From positions 96,001-160,000 of IMG/VR virus record IMGVR_UViG_3300022213_000237: DNA of 64,000 bases; one strand, written 5' to 3'. The stretch comes from a virus. The position numbers and the translations under genes are program-made. The notes under the pieces were generated by a model that saw only the letters and a program-made list of their open reading frames with translations, was not told the origin of the DNA and ran no database searches. Positions 47,029 to 55,553 of this stretch are shown here, in pieces. Each line of letters begins with the position of its first letter. The first letter of the stretch is position 1.

Positions 47029-50000
47029 TGGACAAGCTACCGAAATTAACTCCGGCGCAGCTAGAATTTTTGGCTGCCAATAGAGAGCAACTTGAGCGCC
47101 GGGCGCTCTTTGCCGTCTGTATATCCAAAGAACATCTGCATGCCTGGATTAAGCGGTATCTGAAAATCGATCTGCCGGACACAATTGTCTGCGACGATGA
47201 CGTAACGACGCCTGCTTCTAACAGCACCCCCATGGACCTTGTGTGGGAAATTTATCAAAAGGCTTTACAGGGCGATGACGAGAAGTTTCAGCGCGTACTT
47301 GCTTACGCCGCGCGGGACAGCTTTAAAACACTATCCGCTTCGGTTCTAGAAATCCTTTGTTTGTTTCATCTTCGGCGCGACGTTGCCCACATGGCTGCCA
47401 TTGAAGCCCAGGCCCAAAAGGCTGCTTCGTATGTCTCTAAGTATTTGAATTTTCCTTATTTGCGAGACTTTGTATCAGGAAACAATAAACGTGAAATACG
47501 TATTACACGTTACGAAGATTCTCGAGGAAACATCCTTACCCCAAGAGAGTTCGAAGAACTAGAGCCTAGAGATCAGCGCAAATACGAGCCTATTTCTCAT
47601 TACATGAAGATCGTCATTGCGACCCTTAGCGGTGCGAATTGTGTAGACCCTACTACTTTTATTCGTCTAGCCAATGGAGAGGATGTTCTTGCTGTAGATA
47701 TTAAGTCTGGTGATGAAATTTTAAATTTTGATCTTAAAAATCACACTTGGACGACTTCTAAGGTTGGAAGTGTTGTGTCATCTATTAAAGCTGCTATGAA
47801 GGTTTCTTTGGATGACGGCTCCTATGTGGTTGTGTCCGAAGACCATCCAGTTTTGACTACTCGAGGATGGATTCGCGCCAGAGCTTTGCGGCTTACTGAC
47901 AAGGTTCTTCCTCCTCCAATTTCCAGTACAACTCAGGTAATTAAACCACCTATTTTGGCTGACGGCGTTACCTTGGAATCGTTTAGCGTCGATCAGTTAA
48001 TTTTGGGTTCTGTTCTTGGTGATTCTAGTTTGACGTGGCCCAAAAATTCATCTGGAGATAATTACGGTTCGGGGCCCCGTTTTCAAGTTTATCATTGCGC
48101 GGCCCAACTTCCTTATCTTTATCACAAGAAGGAGATCTTGGAGAATGCTGGCATTAAGTGTAGCGTATATATGGATCCACGTGGTGGTGGAAAATTAATG
48201 ACTGGAGTTTTACCTCAATACGCTGACTATTATCGGATGATGTATCCTGAGAATAAGAAGCAGGTAACCAAGGAATGGTTGTCTAAACTTACCGACGAAG
48301 GACTGGCTTATTGGTTAATGGATGACGGCTCCGGTTCTCCTCAGAAATTGGGGTCCAGAAAAGATAAACACATTTCAATAGCTACCTGTGGTTTTAGTTT
48401 ACAGGAACATCAATTAATAGTTGATTTGTTTTTAGCAAAAGGACTGAATCCCAAAATTGGGACAGTAACAAACCAAAGCTCCAAAACTTGGAATGTGATT
48501 GAATTTGATCTTGATTCTTCTAGAGAGTTATCGTCCCGTCTCGATAAATGGATCCATCCTGTATTGAAATATAAGTTCCCCACACCATTTCAGCTTCTAG
48601 ATACCAGGTGTATTGAGACTGGAGCACCAATACAGAGATCTTCTGGTCTTGGATTCAGTAGAATTACCCGCACTCCTAAGGTCTCTGAAAGAGAAAGATG
48701 GTCTGCTTTTAGAGATATGTTTACTCGAAGTATTCAACAATTAGAATTCTTGGGCAAACGAGTAATGATGGATATTTCTGTCGATACAGACGATGAGATG
48801 AAACGTAACTTCGTAGCTAACTCCTCGTTATTATTACATAATTCCGAGCATGTGAGTTTTATGGTTCTCGACGAACTCGACTTAGCTCCAGCTGGCCCGG
48901 TTGAAGAAGCAAAAATGATTCCCGCCCCAGGTCAGGTTCGCGGTGAACTTCCCATCACGTTCATGACGTCGACGCGCAAGTTTGCCATCGGACTTGTTCA
49001 GCAAGAAATAGATAAAGCTCAAAAGGACAGCGATTACCATTTACAGATTCGTCATTGGAATATCATCGACGTGACGAAGCGCTGTGAACCTAAACGCCAT
49101 CTGCCCGAAGAACCCAAAATTCCTATATATTATTCGGAGCACAGCCTACGGGCAATCAGTGAACCAGAGTACAACCTTCTTTCCACTGAAGAGAAGACCA
49201 AGTTCCTAAAGCAAGAAGGCTACGCTGGTTGTTTACGTAATTGTTCTTTGTTTGCTGTCTGCAAGGGGCGATTAGCTACTAAACAAAAGGTAACTGACGA
49301 CAATGTTAAGCCTAGGCCGATGTTAAAGCCTATTCCTCACGTCCTCACTCAATTCAAATCAGTCAATCCAGACCACGCTAAAGCGCAATTGATGTGCTGG
49401 AAACCTTCTTCGGAAGGACTCATATATCCCTTTTTTAATTACTCTCGTCACATGATTGATGCCGCCGAGATGTATGAAAAAATAACTGGTGAGGAAATTC
49501 CTAAAGACCAATTAAATAATTTTACCAAGGCTGACCTAATCAAGGTTCTGCAAGAACGTGAAGTCGAATTCTATACAGGCATGGACTGGGGTTATACTCA
49601 CAATTGGGCAGCTGTAACCGGGGCTAAGGTTGGTCACCGATTCTTTGTCTTTGACGTCATTGCGGTTGCTGAGCTGGAAGTCATGCAGAAGATAGAGATG
49701 TACAAAAATAAGTTGGGGTTCCTGGACGCCACTGTATTTGCTGACCCCGAAGATCGCTCTAGCATAGAGACCTTCCGAAAAAATGGTGTTCGCATGCGAA
49801 AATGGAAGAAGGGTAGCGTAATTGGTGGTATCGATGCCGTACGTACTAAACTAATGCCCGGTCTTAATAAAGAACCGGAACTGTATTTCCTGGCTAACGA
49901 TGAAGGTTGTGAGTTACTGGCGGATCGTATTGCCAAGTATGCCTGGGTTCTCGACGCTACCCAGAAACCTACCGATGTTCCTAGTGATTTTGAAGATGAT

Positions 50001-50288
50001 GAATGCGACGCCCTCAGATACGTGATTGTGAATTTGTTTGGTAATCGTAGCAATATGGTGGCGGCAATTGGTCCCGTGGCTCCCGGCGTTCAGTACGACC
50101 CTTCCTTTCCGGCGCCACGAGATGGAATGGGAATACCTCCTGGTATTTCCGTGTATCAAAACGAGACTATTCTTGAATCTACTACTGAAAATTGGATGGA
50201 TCGTAAAATTCAAGAACTTACCGGCAACCACGAAGATCCCAACGTCCCGAAATCCGGACGTAAAGGTTCTTTCAGCTTTGATTTTTGA
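47028..50288 (+). CDS. Terminase large subunit with intein
   Basis: AARDSFKT Walker A, VLDE Walker B, nuclease GMDWG..ADP..DDECDALRY. Confidence 0.9.
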   Translation: MDKLPKLTPAQLEFLAANREQLERRALFAVCISKEHLHAWIKRYLKIDLPDTIVCDDDVTTPASNSTPMDLVWEIYQKALQGDDEKFQRVLAYAARDSFKTLSASVLEILCLFHLRRDVAHMAAIEAQAQKAASYVSKYLNFPYLRDFVSGNNKREIRITRYEDSRGNILTPREFEELEPRDQRKYEPISHYMKIVIATLSGANCVDPTTFIRLANGEDVLAVDIKSGDEILNFDLKNHTWTTSKVGSVVSSIKAAMKVSLDDGSYVVVSEDHPVLTTRGWIRARALRLTDKVLPPPISSTTQVIKPPILADGVTLESFSVDQLILGSVLGDSSLTWPKNSSGDNYGSGPRFQVYHCAAQLPYLYHKKEILENAGIKCSVYMDPRGGGKLMTGVLPQYADYYRMMYPENKKQVTKEWLSKLTDEGLAYWLMDDGSGSPQKLGSRKDKHISIATCGFSLQEHQLIVDLFLAKGLNPKIGTVTNQSSKTWNVIEFDLDSSRELSSRLDKWIHPVLKYKFPTPFQLLDTRCIETGAPIQRSSGLGFSRITRTPKVSERERWSAFRDMFTRSIQQLEFLGKRVMMDISVDTDDEMKRNFVANSSLLLHNSEHVSFMVLDELDLAPAGPVEEAKMIPAPGQVRGELPITFMTSTRKFAIGLVQQEIDKAQKDSDYHLQIRHWNIIDVTKRCEPKRHLPEEPKIPIYYSEHSLRAISEPEYNLLSTEEKTKFLKQEGYAGCLRNCSLFAVCKGRLATKQKVTDDNVKPRPMLKPIPHVLTQFKSVNPDHAKAQLMCWKPSSEGLIYPFFNYSRHMIDAAEMYEKITGEEIPKDQLNNFTKADLIKVLQEREVEFYTGMDWGYTHNWAAVTGAKVGHRFFVFDVIAVAELEVMQKIEMYKNKLGFLDATVFADPEDRSSIETFRKNGVRMRKWKKGSVIGGIDAVRTKLMPGLNKEPELYFLANDEGCELLADRIAKYAWVLDATQKPTDVPSDFEDDECDALRYVIVNLFGNRSNMVAAIGPVAPGVQYDPSFPAPRDGMGIPPGISVYQNETILESTTENWMDRKIQELTGNHEDPNVPKSGRKGSFSFDF
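47640..48842 (+). mobile_element. Intein (401 aa) with LAGLIDADG endonuclease in terminase
   Basis: CVDPTT..SEDHP..LLHN/S; GSVLGDS and LAYWLMDDG motifs. Confidence 0.92.
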
Positions 50289-50297
50289 CACGGTCAC

Positions 50298-50303
50298 AAT
50301 CTT
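50298..50303 (+). promoter_or_regulatory. AATCTT candidate late promoter motif
   Basis: The same AATCT(T/C) precedes genes at 3255, 45970, 55470, 61613, 34078(-) and 61579(-). Confidence 0.4.
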
Positions 50304-50322
50304 GACCAAATAGAGGAATCCC

Positions 50323-51300
50323 ATGCCCATTGTTGATATCCATTCCACCATCGTCATGTATGGTGACGGCGAGACGCCGACCCAGAACCCGCAACGACGC
50401 TTTGTTGATTGGTCACGTCATTTAACTGGCGTGAGAATCGAAAATCCGTCAGTTCGAGAGTATGTAGCCCAACCAGGGGAACAACTCAGTATTTTCAGTG
50501 GTGTACGGTCTACCGCCATCGACAATACCACCGAGTTCGATCTCACCCTTAATCCCGTCAAGGACTCTACGTACCGATTAACGGGTTCCGGTGGTACGGC
50601 TCCGGGATTTCGTACAGCTCGGGTCTATGACGCCACAAATAACGTCCATACGATGACGGTGAATAACAACGCCACGATGTCGATGGAAATTGGGGTCGGG
50701 AACTTCGGGGCCTCTGTTGGTGATTGGGTATTTATTCCCGATACCACGACTGGCGATAGCGCAAGTCCTTTTAATGTCGCAAATACTGGATTCTGGGTTG
50801 TTATCGCCGCCACCGCCACTAAATTGACCATGATTAGACGCGTGGGCGAAGATTTTAATGGTGTCGATGAGGCGCCTACGGTTCCAAGCGGATCCATCCA
50901 GATCTTTTCTTCAGCTGGCGTTCAGATTGGAGATGTGGTCAAGTTAAGCTCCGGCTTTTCGCAACCCACCCTTGGTACTTATGAAGTCGCCGAAGTTACC
51001 AGCAATTGGATTGAATTTGTTTCTGCCACTCCATTGCCGCTTGAAAGCGGAATAATCCCACTAGCCGCCAATATTATATTCTACAGTGACTTCAAACGTT
51101 TTGTTCGTGTTGAGGCGGATCAGCTCGCTATTGTGAGATTGAATGGAGACACGGGCAATACAAACGAAGTCGCCCCTCTGTTGGCTGGAGATCCAGAAGC
51201 AGTTGGACACTTTGAGAAATGGGGTCCGGTGTGGGAATTAAAGGTAGTAAATCAATCTACCGTCAATCCTATGAAGGTTACTGTAATTTCTGCGGAATAA
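50323..51300 (+). CDS. Probable virion structural protein
   Basis: Beta-rich, 325 aa, between terminase and portal. Confidence 0.5.
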   Translation: MPIVDIHSTIVMYGDGETPTQNPQRRFVDWSRHLTGVRIENPSVREYVAQPGEQLSIFSGVRSTAIDNTTEFDLTLNPVKDSTYRLTGSGGTAPGFRTARVYDATNNVHTMTVNNNATMSMEIGVGNFGASVGDWVFIPDTTTGDSASPFNVANTGFWVVIAATATKLTMIRRVGEDFNGVDEAPTVPSGSIQIFSSAGVQIGDVVKLSSGFSQPTLGTYEVAEVTSNWIEFVSATPLPLESGIIPLAANIIFYSDFKRFVRVEADQLAIVRLNGDTGNTNEVAPLLAGDPEAVGHFEKWGPVWELKVVNQSTVNPMKVTVISAE

Positions 51301-51304
51301 AAAT

Positions 51305-53323
51305 ATGGCCGAAAACAAATCACCTCCAGGACCATTGCAGGCCGTCGTCGATGCTAAGGTACAGCGCTCCGGTGGGCGTATCAAATTCTCTCTTCATGAT
51401 ATCGATGAAGAAGGGAAGCTCCGCAAGTCCAAGGAAGAAGAAAATCCGTTGGCGGGTACCAAGCTTCAAAAAAGTTTCGTCAATTACACCGAAGACGTTA
51501 AGCGTGGGAAGGAAGTTAATCGTCTATCTTTTGAGGTAGACCCGACACACGCAAATTATTATCAGTCGTTGTGGATGCCTAAGTGGGGGCAACTTCCTGA
51601 CCATGTCTTAAAACAAGTCTCCCTAAAAGATTCGTTGGTCGCCTCGATACTCACCATGCGCTCAAGCCAGATGTCTGCGTTTGGACGCGAATTGCAAGAT
51701 CGCTTTGCTTCTGGTTATCGTATTGAGCCTCGGCCAGGTGTGATGGAAGATGCGTCCAATGAGCAAAAGGAGCTGCTCCAGAAGAGAATTGAAGATGCCA
51801 GTAAGTTGATTTCTACTTGCGGCTCTATCGAGGGGGTTCGTTTTGATGAGCGCATGTCTCTTTCTACCTTTTTGTCGCTGCAAACCCGCAACGCTCTAGT
51901 TTTTGGTCGTTTTGCCACAGAAATTATATACACCCGAGATCCAGACGGAACTCGTAAATTTCACAGCTACCGGCCTGTCGATGCTGGGACCATTTACCAA
52001 GCGGCACCACGTCAAGATCATCTCAATCAAGTACGTAAAGAGGCTCTGCACCTACTTCAGCAGCTAAAAGGGCCAGATGCAGAAAAATTGAGTGCAGAAA
52101 AGTTTGAAAACGACGAATACGCCTGGGTGCAGGTGCTGGATGGCAAGCCTCGGCAAGCCTACACACCGGAAGAGATGGTCGTTCATAACATGTTTCCGTT
52201 AACGGATATTGAGTTGCGGGGTTATCCGATTAGTCCGATTGAAACCGTAATCGATGGCATCGCCACCCATATGAACATTGTACAGCACAATAAACTGTAC
52301 TTTCAAAGTGGTCGAGCTGCCCGTGGTATGGTCGTCATTAAGTCACCGGACGTAGACCAGGGACTTGTGGCGCAAATACGTCAACATTTTAACGCGTCTA
52401 TTAATTCTGTTTCTAACGCTTGGCGTGTACCTGTTTTTGGTGTTGACCCCGAAGATAGCGTCGAATGGGCACCCTTTGATATGTCCTCGGGCCGTGACAT
52501 GGAGTTTCAATACCTATCTGACCAAAACGCGCGGGAAATTTGTTCTGCGTTCTTGATTTCGCCAGAAGAGCTACCCGGCTATCAGCACCTTAGTCGCGGC
52601 ACTAACTCTCAGGCGCTTAGCGAAAGCTCTAATGAGTATAAGCTTGAGGCTGCTCGAGATGTCGGTATCCGGCCTCTACTTAATCATTTCCAAGATTTCT
52701 TAAATGATCACATTTTACCTCTTATCGACCCCGCAGTTGCGCAGCTGTGCTCGCTAAAGCTCTACGGTCTCGATGCTGATACCGAAGAGAAAGAAGATAC
52801 AGGTCTCACCAATCGTATGCAGATTGACCTGACCATGGACGAAATCCTTGAGCGTAAGGAAAAAGATCCAGTTGGGAAAGAGTGGGGAGGGAAGTTTCTC
52901 TTCAATCCTGCTTGGCAGTCGGTGCTAGATAAGTATTTTAAGGTTTCGGACATCAAAAAACATTTCTTTGGGTTACAGCCCACAGAAGACGATGAATATG
53001 TAAGAGACCCCTTTTGGTTCAATTACCAACAGCTGAAGATGCAGGCAGAGCAAATGGAGCAACAAGCTCAGGCGCAACAACAGCAAGCTCAAGCCGAGAG
53101 CGGTGGTGAAGTCCAGGACGAAAGCCAAGAACAGGATTCTCAATTAGCTCAAAGCGCAGACAAAGCCATTGATTTGATGAGCAAGAGCGAGAAACAACTG
53201 CCTCCCGGTAAACGGCGTTTGTTACATCTACACAAGAAAATCGTGAAAGACGCCATGGCGGAATGGGAAAAAGACAGTAAAGAAGCCTTGGCTGCGGTCG
53301 TGCAAGCCGTGAAGGACGAATAA
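51305..53323 (+). CDS. Portal protein
   Basis: RPVDAGTI, GYPISPIE, YFQSG..ARG, DMEFQ..REICSAFLISPEEL, GIRPLL; position after terminase. Confidence 0.9.
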   Translation: MAENKSPPGPLQAVVDAKVQRSGGRIKFSLHDIDEEGKLRKSKEEENPLAGTKLQKSFVNYTEDVKRGKEVNRLSFEVDPTHANYYQSLWMPKWGQLPDHVLKQVSLKDSLVASILTMRSSQMSAFGRELQDRFASGYRIEPRPGVMEDASNEQKELLQKRIEDASKLISTCGSIEGVRFDERMSLSTFLSLQTRNALVFGRFATEIIYTRDPDGTRKFHSYRPVDAGTIYQAAPRQDHLNQVRKEALHLLQQLKGPDAEKLSAEKFENDEYAWVQVLDGKPRQAYTPEEMVVHNMFPLTDIELRGYPISPIETVIDGIATHMNIVQHNKLYFQSGRAARGMVVIKSPDVDQGLVAQIRQHFNASINSVSNAWRVPVFGVDPEDSVEWAPFDMSSGRDMEFQYLSDQNAREICSAFLISPEELPGYQHLSRGTNSQALSESSNEYKLEAARDVGIRPLLNHFQDFLNDHILPLIDPAVAQLCSLKLYGLDADTEEKEDTGLTNRMQIDLTMDEILERKEKDPVGKEWGGKFLFNPAWQSVLDKYFKVSDIKKHFFGLQPTEDDEYVRDPFWFNYQQLKMQAEQMEQQAQAQQQQAQAESGGEVQDESQEQDSQLAQSADKAIDLMSKSEKQLPPGKRRLLHLHKKIVKDAMAEWEKDSKEALAAVVQAVKDE

Positions 53324-55323
53324 TGGCTAAGATCAAGCGCCTGTCTAAAAAGACGATGACTAAAATAGCCGACGCCGTCGACGCCCTCTTCGACAAAATG
53401 AAGGTGCGGCTTCTCGGCCCTCGTATGGTGGATAAGAAACTATTTATCACCTACAATCGCGAGAAATCGTTACCCGGTCTCTACGAGCAGGCGCATATCG
53501 AAGAGAAAGGTATTCCAGACAAGGAACATCTTGATCAATTGGTGCGTACCACTGAAAATTACTTAGAAGCAGTGCGTCATCGAGCGAAGGCTAAGACCGT
53601 GGTCGCGGTACAGTCATTTATGGCCGAAAATCCTGACGCTAATGTAACCGACGTCCTGGGTGGCGAACTTGCTGATATTTATGGTCAGGTTAAGCACGAG
53701 GTACGTAGGATTGCGGATACCGAAGCCCAGCATTTTCGCAATGTTGGTGTGATGGACGGTATTGTAAGAGTTAGCGCCGCCCACGGCATAAGTGATCCGA
53801 TAGTGTATTTTGTTACAGTCAGAGACCAATACAGATGCGAGGAATGTACCCGACTCCATTTGCTTGAAGACGGCATCACTCCACGTGTCTGGAAATTGTC
53901 CGAATTAGGACATGGATATCATCAAAAAGGTGATGAAAATCCAAAGGTTGGGGGACTACACCCACATTGTAGGTGCGTGTGGGATGGAAACGCACCTGTA
54001 ATTACAGAGTCTGGTATCAAACCACTTAAATCTGTAGAGATAGGCGACCGGGTATTGACTCATACTGGTAAGTTTAAGAAAGTTATTGGTACTTTTTCTA
54101 AAGATGGTCTACTGCCGGAGAAAACGGACGACGTATACCGAATAGAATTCAGGTCCCCGCTGGGAAAAATACACAAGCTGCGTGTTACCAACGATCACTT
54201 AATGTTAACTCAGCGTGGTTGGGTGAGGGCCGAGGCCCTGGTCCCCGGTAAAGATACATTAGAATATCTATTCGCTTCTTGTGAGACATGCAAAAAAGCA
54301 TTTCCTCATAATATTCAAAAGCCTCGAAAAAGATTCTGCTCTTATAAGTGTTCTATTTCTGACAAAATAGGTAAACCAAGTCCTACTCTTGGCAGGAAAG
54401 CTACACCAGAAGAAAAAGAGTTGAGATTAAAATCCATTAAAGCACTTTACGAAAAGAAGCACAAAACAACATTCCCCCAAAAGACTGTTAATTGTAACGG
54501 GTGCGGAAACGAGTTTACAGTTGAAACTGGGTATAGGGATAAGTCTGGACATTGGGTGTCTCGTAAGAATTATAAGCTCGAGTATTGCTCTCGATCGTGT
54601 ATTTCTAAGGCCATAGCTCTCAAACAATGGTCAAGTGCTGAACATAGACTTGCTGTTTCGGAAGCTAATCGAAAATCTATGTTAGAACAATATCGTACTG
54701 GCAGACGCAACCCTTTAGGTATTAAAGAAGCCAGGCAAGCTCTTTACGGTTTGGGTCGAGGCGGAAGTAAAGACGAGAAACGTTTGTATCAAACAATTAA
54801 AAGCTCTTACTTAGACGCCGAATCCAACTATTCGATAGGAAGATATTTTGCTGATGTTGCTATTCCATCTATTAAGACAGTTGTAGAGTGGGACGGTGGT
54901 GGTCACTGGCTTGATGTATATAAAGGCAAAAAGACTATGGAAGAAAAGATAGCTGAAGACGCAACTCGTGATGAGTTTATGAGAAGTTTGGGGTGGCACG
55001 TTCTCAGATATACAGAAGAAACAGGGTTTAGCACAATATTCGAAGATATCCGGAGGGTGGCTCAAAATTCTACTGGTCAATACTCATTCAGGCCTGTTGA
55101 AATTGTCAAAGTAGTTAGAATTCCAGCCAGCAAAGCCTCCCCTGGAAGGAGATTATATGATATAACTGTAGAGGATGATTCTTCTTTTGTTGTTATGGGT
55201 ATTGTTTCTCATAATTGTTCTATGACCACACTTCTTCCCGGATTCGGATTTGATAGTGCCGGTATGGTTGCGTGGAAGGGTGAACATCACGACGAGTTTG
55301 AGCGCCAGCGTGCAGGGCTTTAA
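53323..55323 (+). CDS. MuF/SPP1 gp7-like head morphogenesis protein with intein
   Basis: RRIADTE, D.YRCEEC, HPHCR/C split by an intein. Confidence 0.85.
   Translation: MAKIKRLSKKTMTKIADAVDALFDKMKVRLLGPRMVDKKLFITYNREKSLPGLYEQAHIEEKGIPDKEHLDQLVRTTENYLEAVRHRAKAKTVVAVQSFMAENPDANVTDVLGGELADIYGQVKHEVRRIADTEAQHFRNVGVMDGIVRVSAAHGISDPIVYFVTVRDQYRCEECTRLHLLEDGITPRVWKLSELGHGYHQKGDENPKVGGLHPHCRCVWDGNAPVITESGIKPLKSVEIGDRVLTHTGKFKKVIGTFSKDGLLPEKTDDVYRIEFRSPLGKIHKLRVTNDHLMLTQRGWVRAEALVPGKDTLEYLFASCETCKKAFPHNIQKPRKRFCSYKCSISDKIGKPSPTLGRKATPEEKELRLKSIKALYEKKHKTTFPQKTVNCNGCGNEFTVETGYRDKSGHWVSRKNYKLEYCSRSCISKAIALKQWSSAEHRLAVSEANRKSMLEQYRTGRRNPLGIKEARQALYGLGRGGSKDEKRLYQTIKSSYLDAESNYSIGRYFADVAIPSIKTVVEWDGGGHWLDVYKGKKTMEEKIAEDATRDEFMRSLGWHVLRYTEETGFSTIFEDIRRVAQNSTGQYSFRPVEIVKVVRIPASKASPGRRLYDITVEDDSSFVVMGIVSHNCSMTTLLPGFGFDSAGMVAWKGEHHDEFERQRAGL
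53974..55215 (+). mobile_element. Intein (414 aa) carrying Zn-finger and DUF559/Vsr-like endonuclease
   Basis: CVWDGNAP..TNDH..VSHN/C; internal CETC..FCSYKC, and YFADVA..VVEWDGGGHW..D..RDEFMRSLGWHVLR. Confidence 0.88.
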
Positions 55324-55481
55324 ACCGGCTCAAAGCCGGTCATGAATCCGATTTCGTCGACTGGCTACTCATTAGTTTTCTCCTTGGTTAATGGCCGGAA
55401 TGGGTAACCCCGTTTAGAGCCAAGTAAACAGAGTAACGTTCACGGTAGGAACAAGTCAAGGGCGGCGGCAATCTTTGCGGT

Positions 55482-55553
55482 ATGGGTTTGTTGGACGCTA
55501 CCGGATTTGAGGTCACTGCGTTTACATTTTTGAGTGAAGACGTCAATGAATAA
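55482..55553 (+). CDS. Possible 23-aa leaderless leader peptide overlapping protease start
   Basis: ATG lies 6 nt after AATCTT; MGLLDATGFEVTAFTFLSEDVNE; its end overlaps ATG 55546. Confidence 0.3.
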   Translation: MGLLDATGFEVTAFTFLSEDVNE

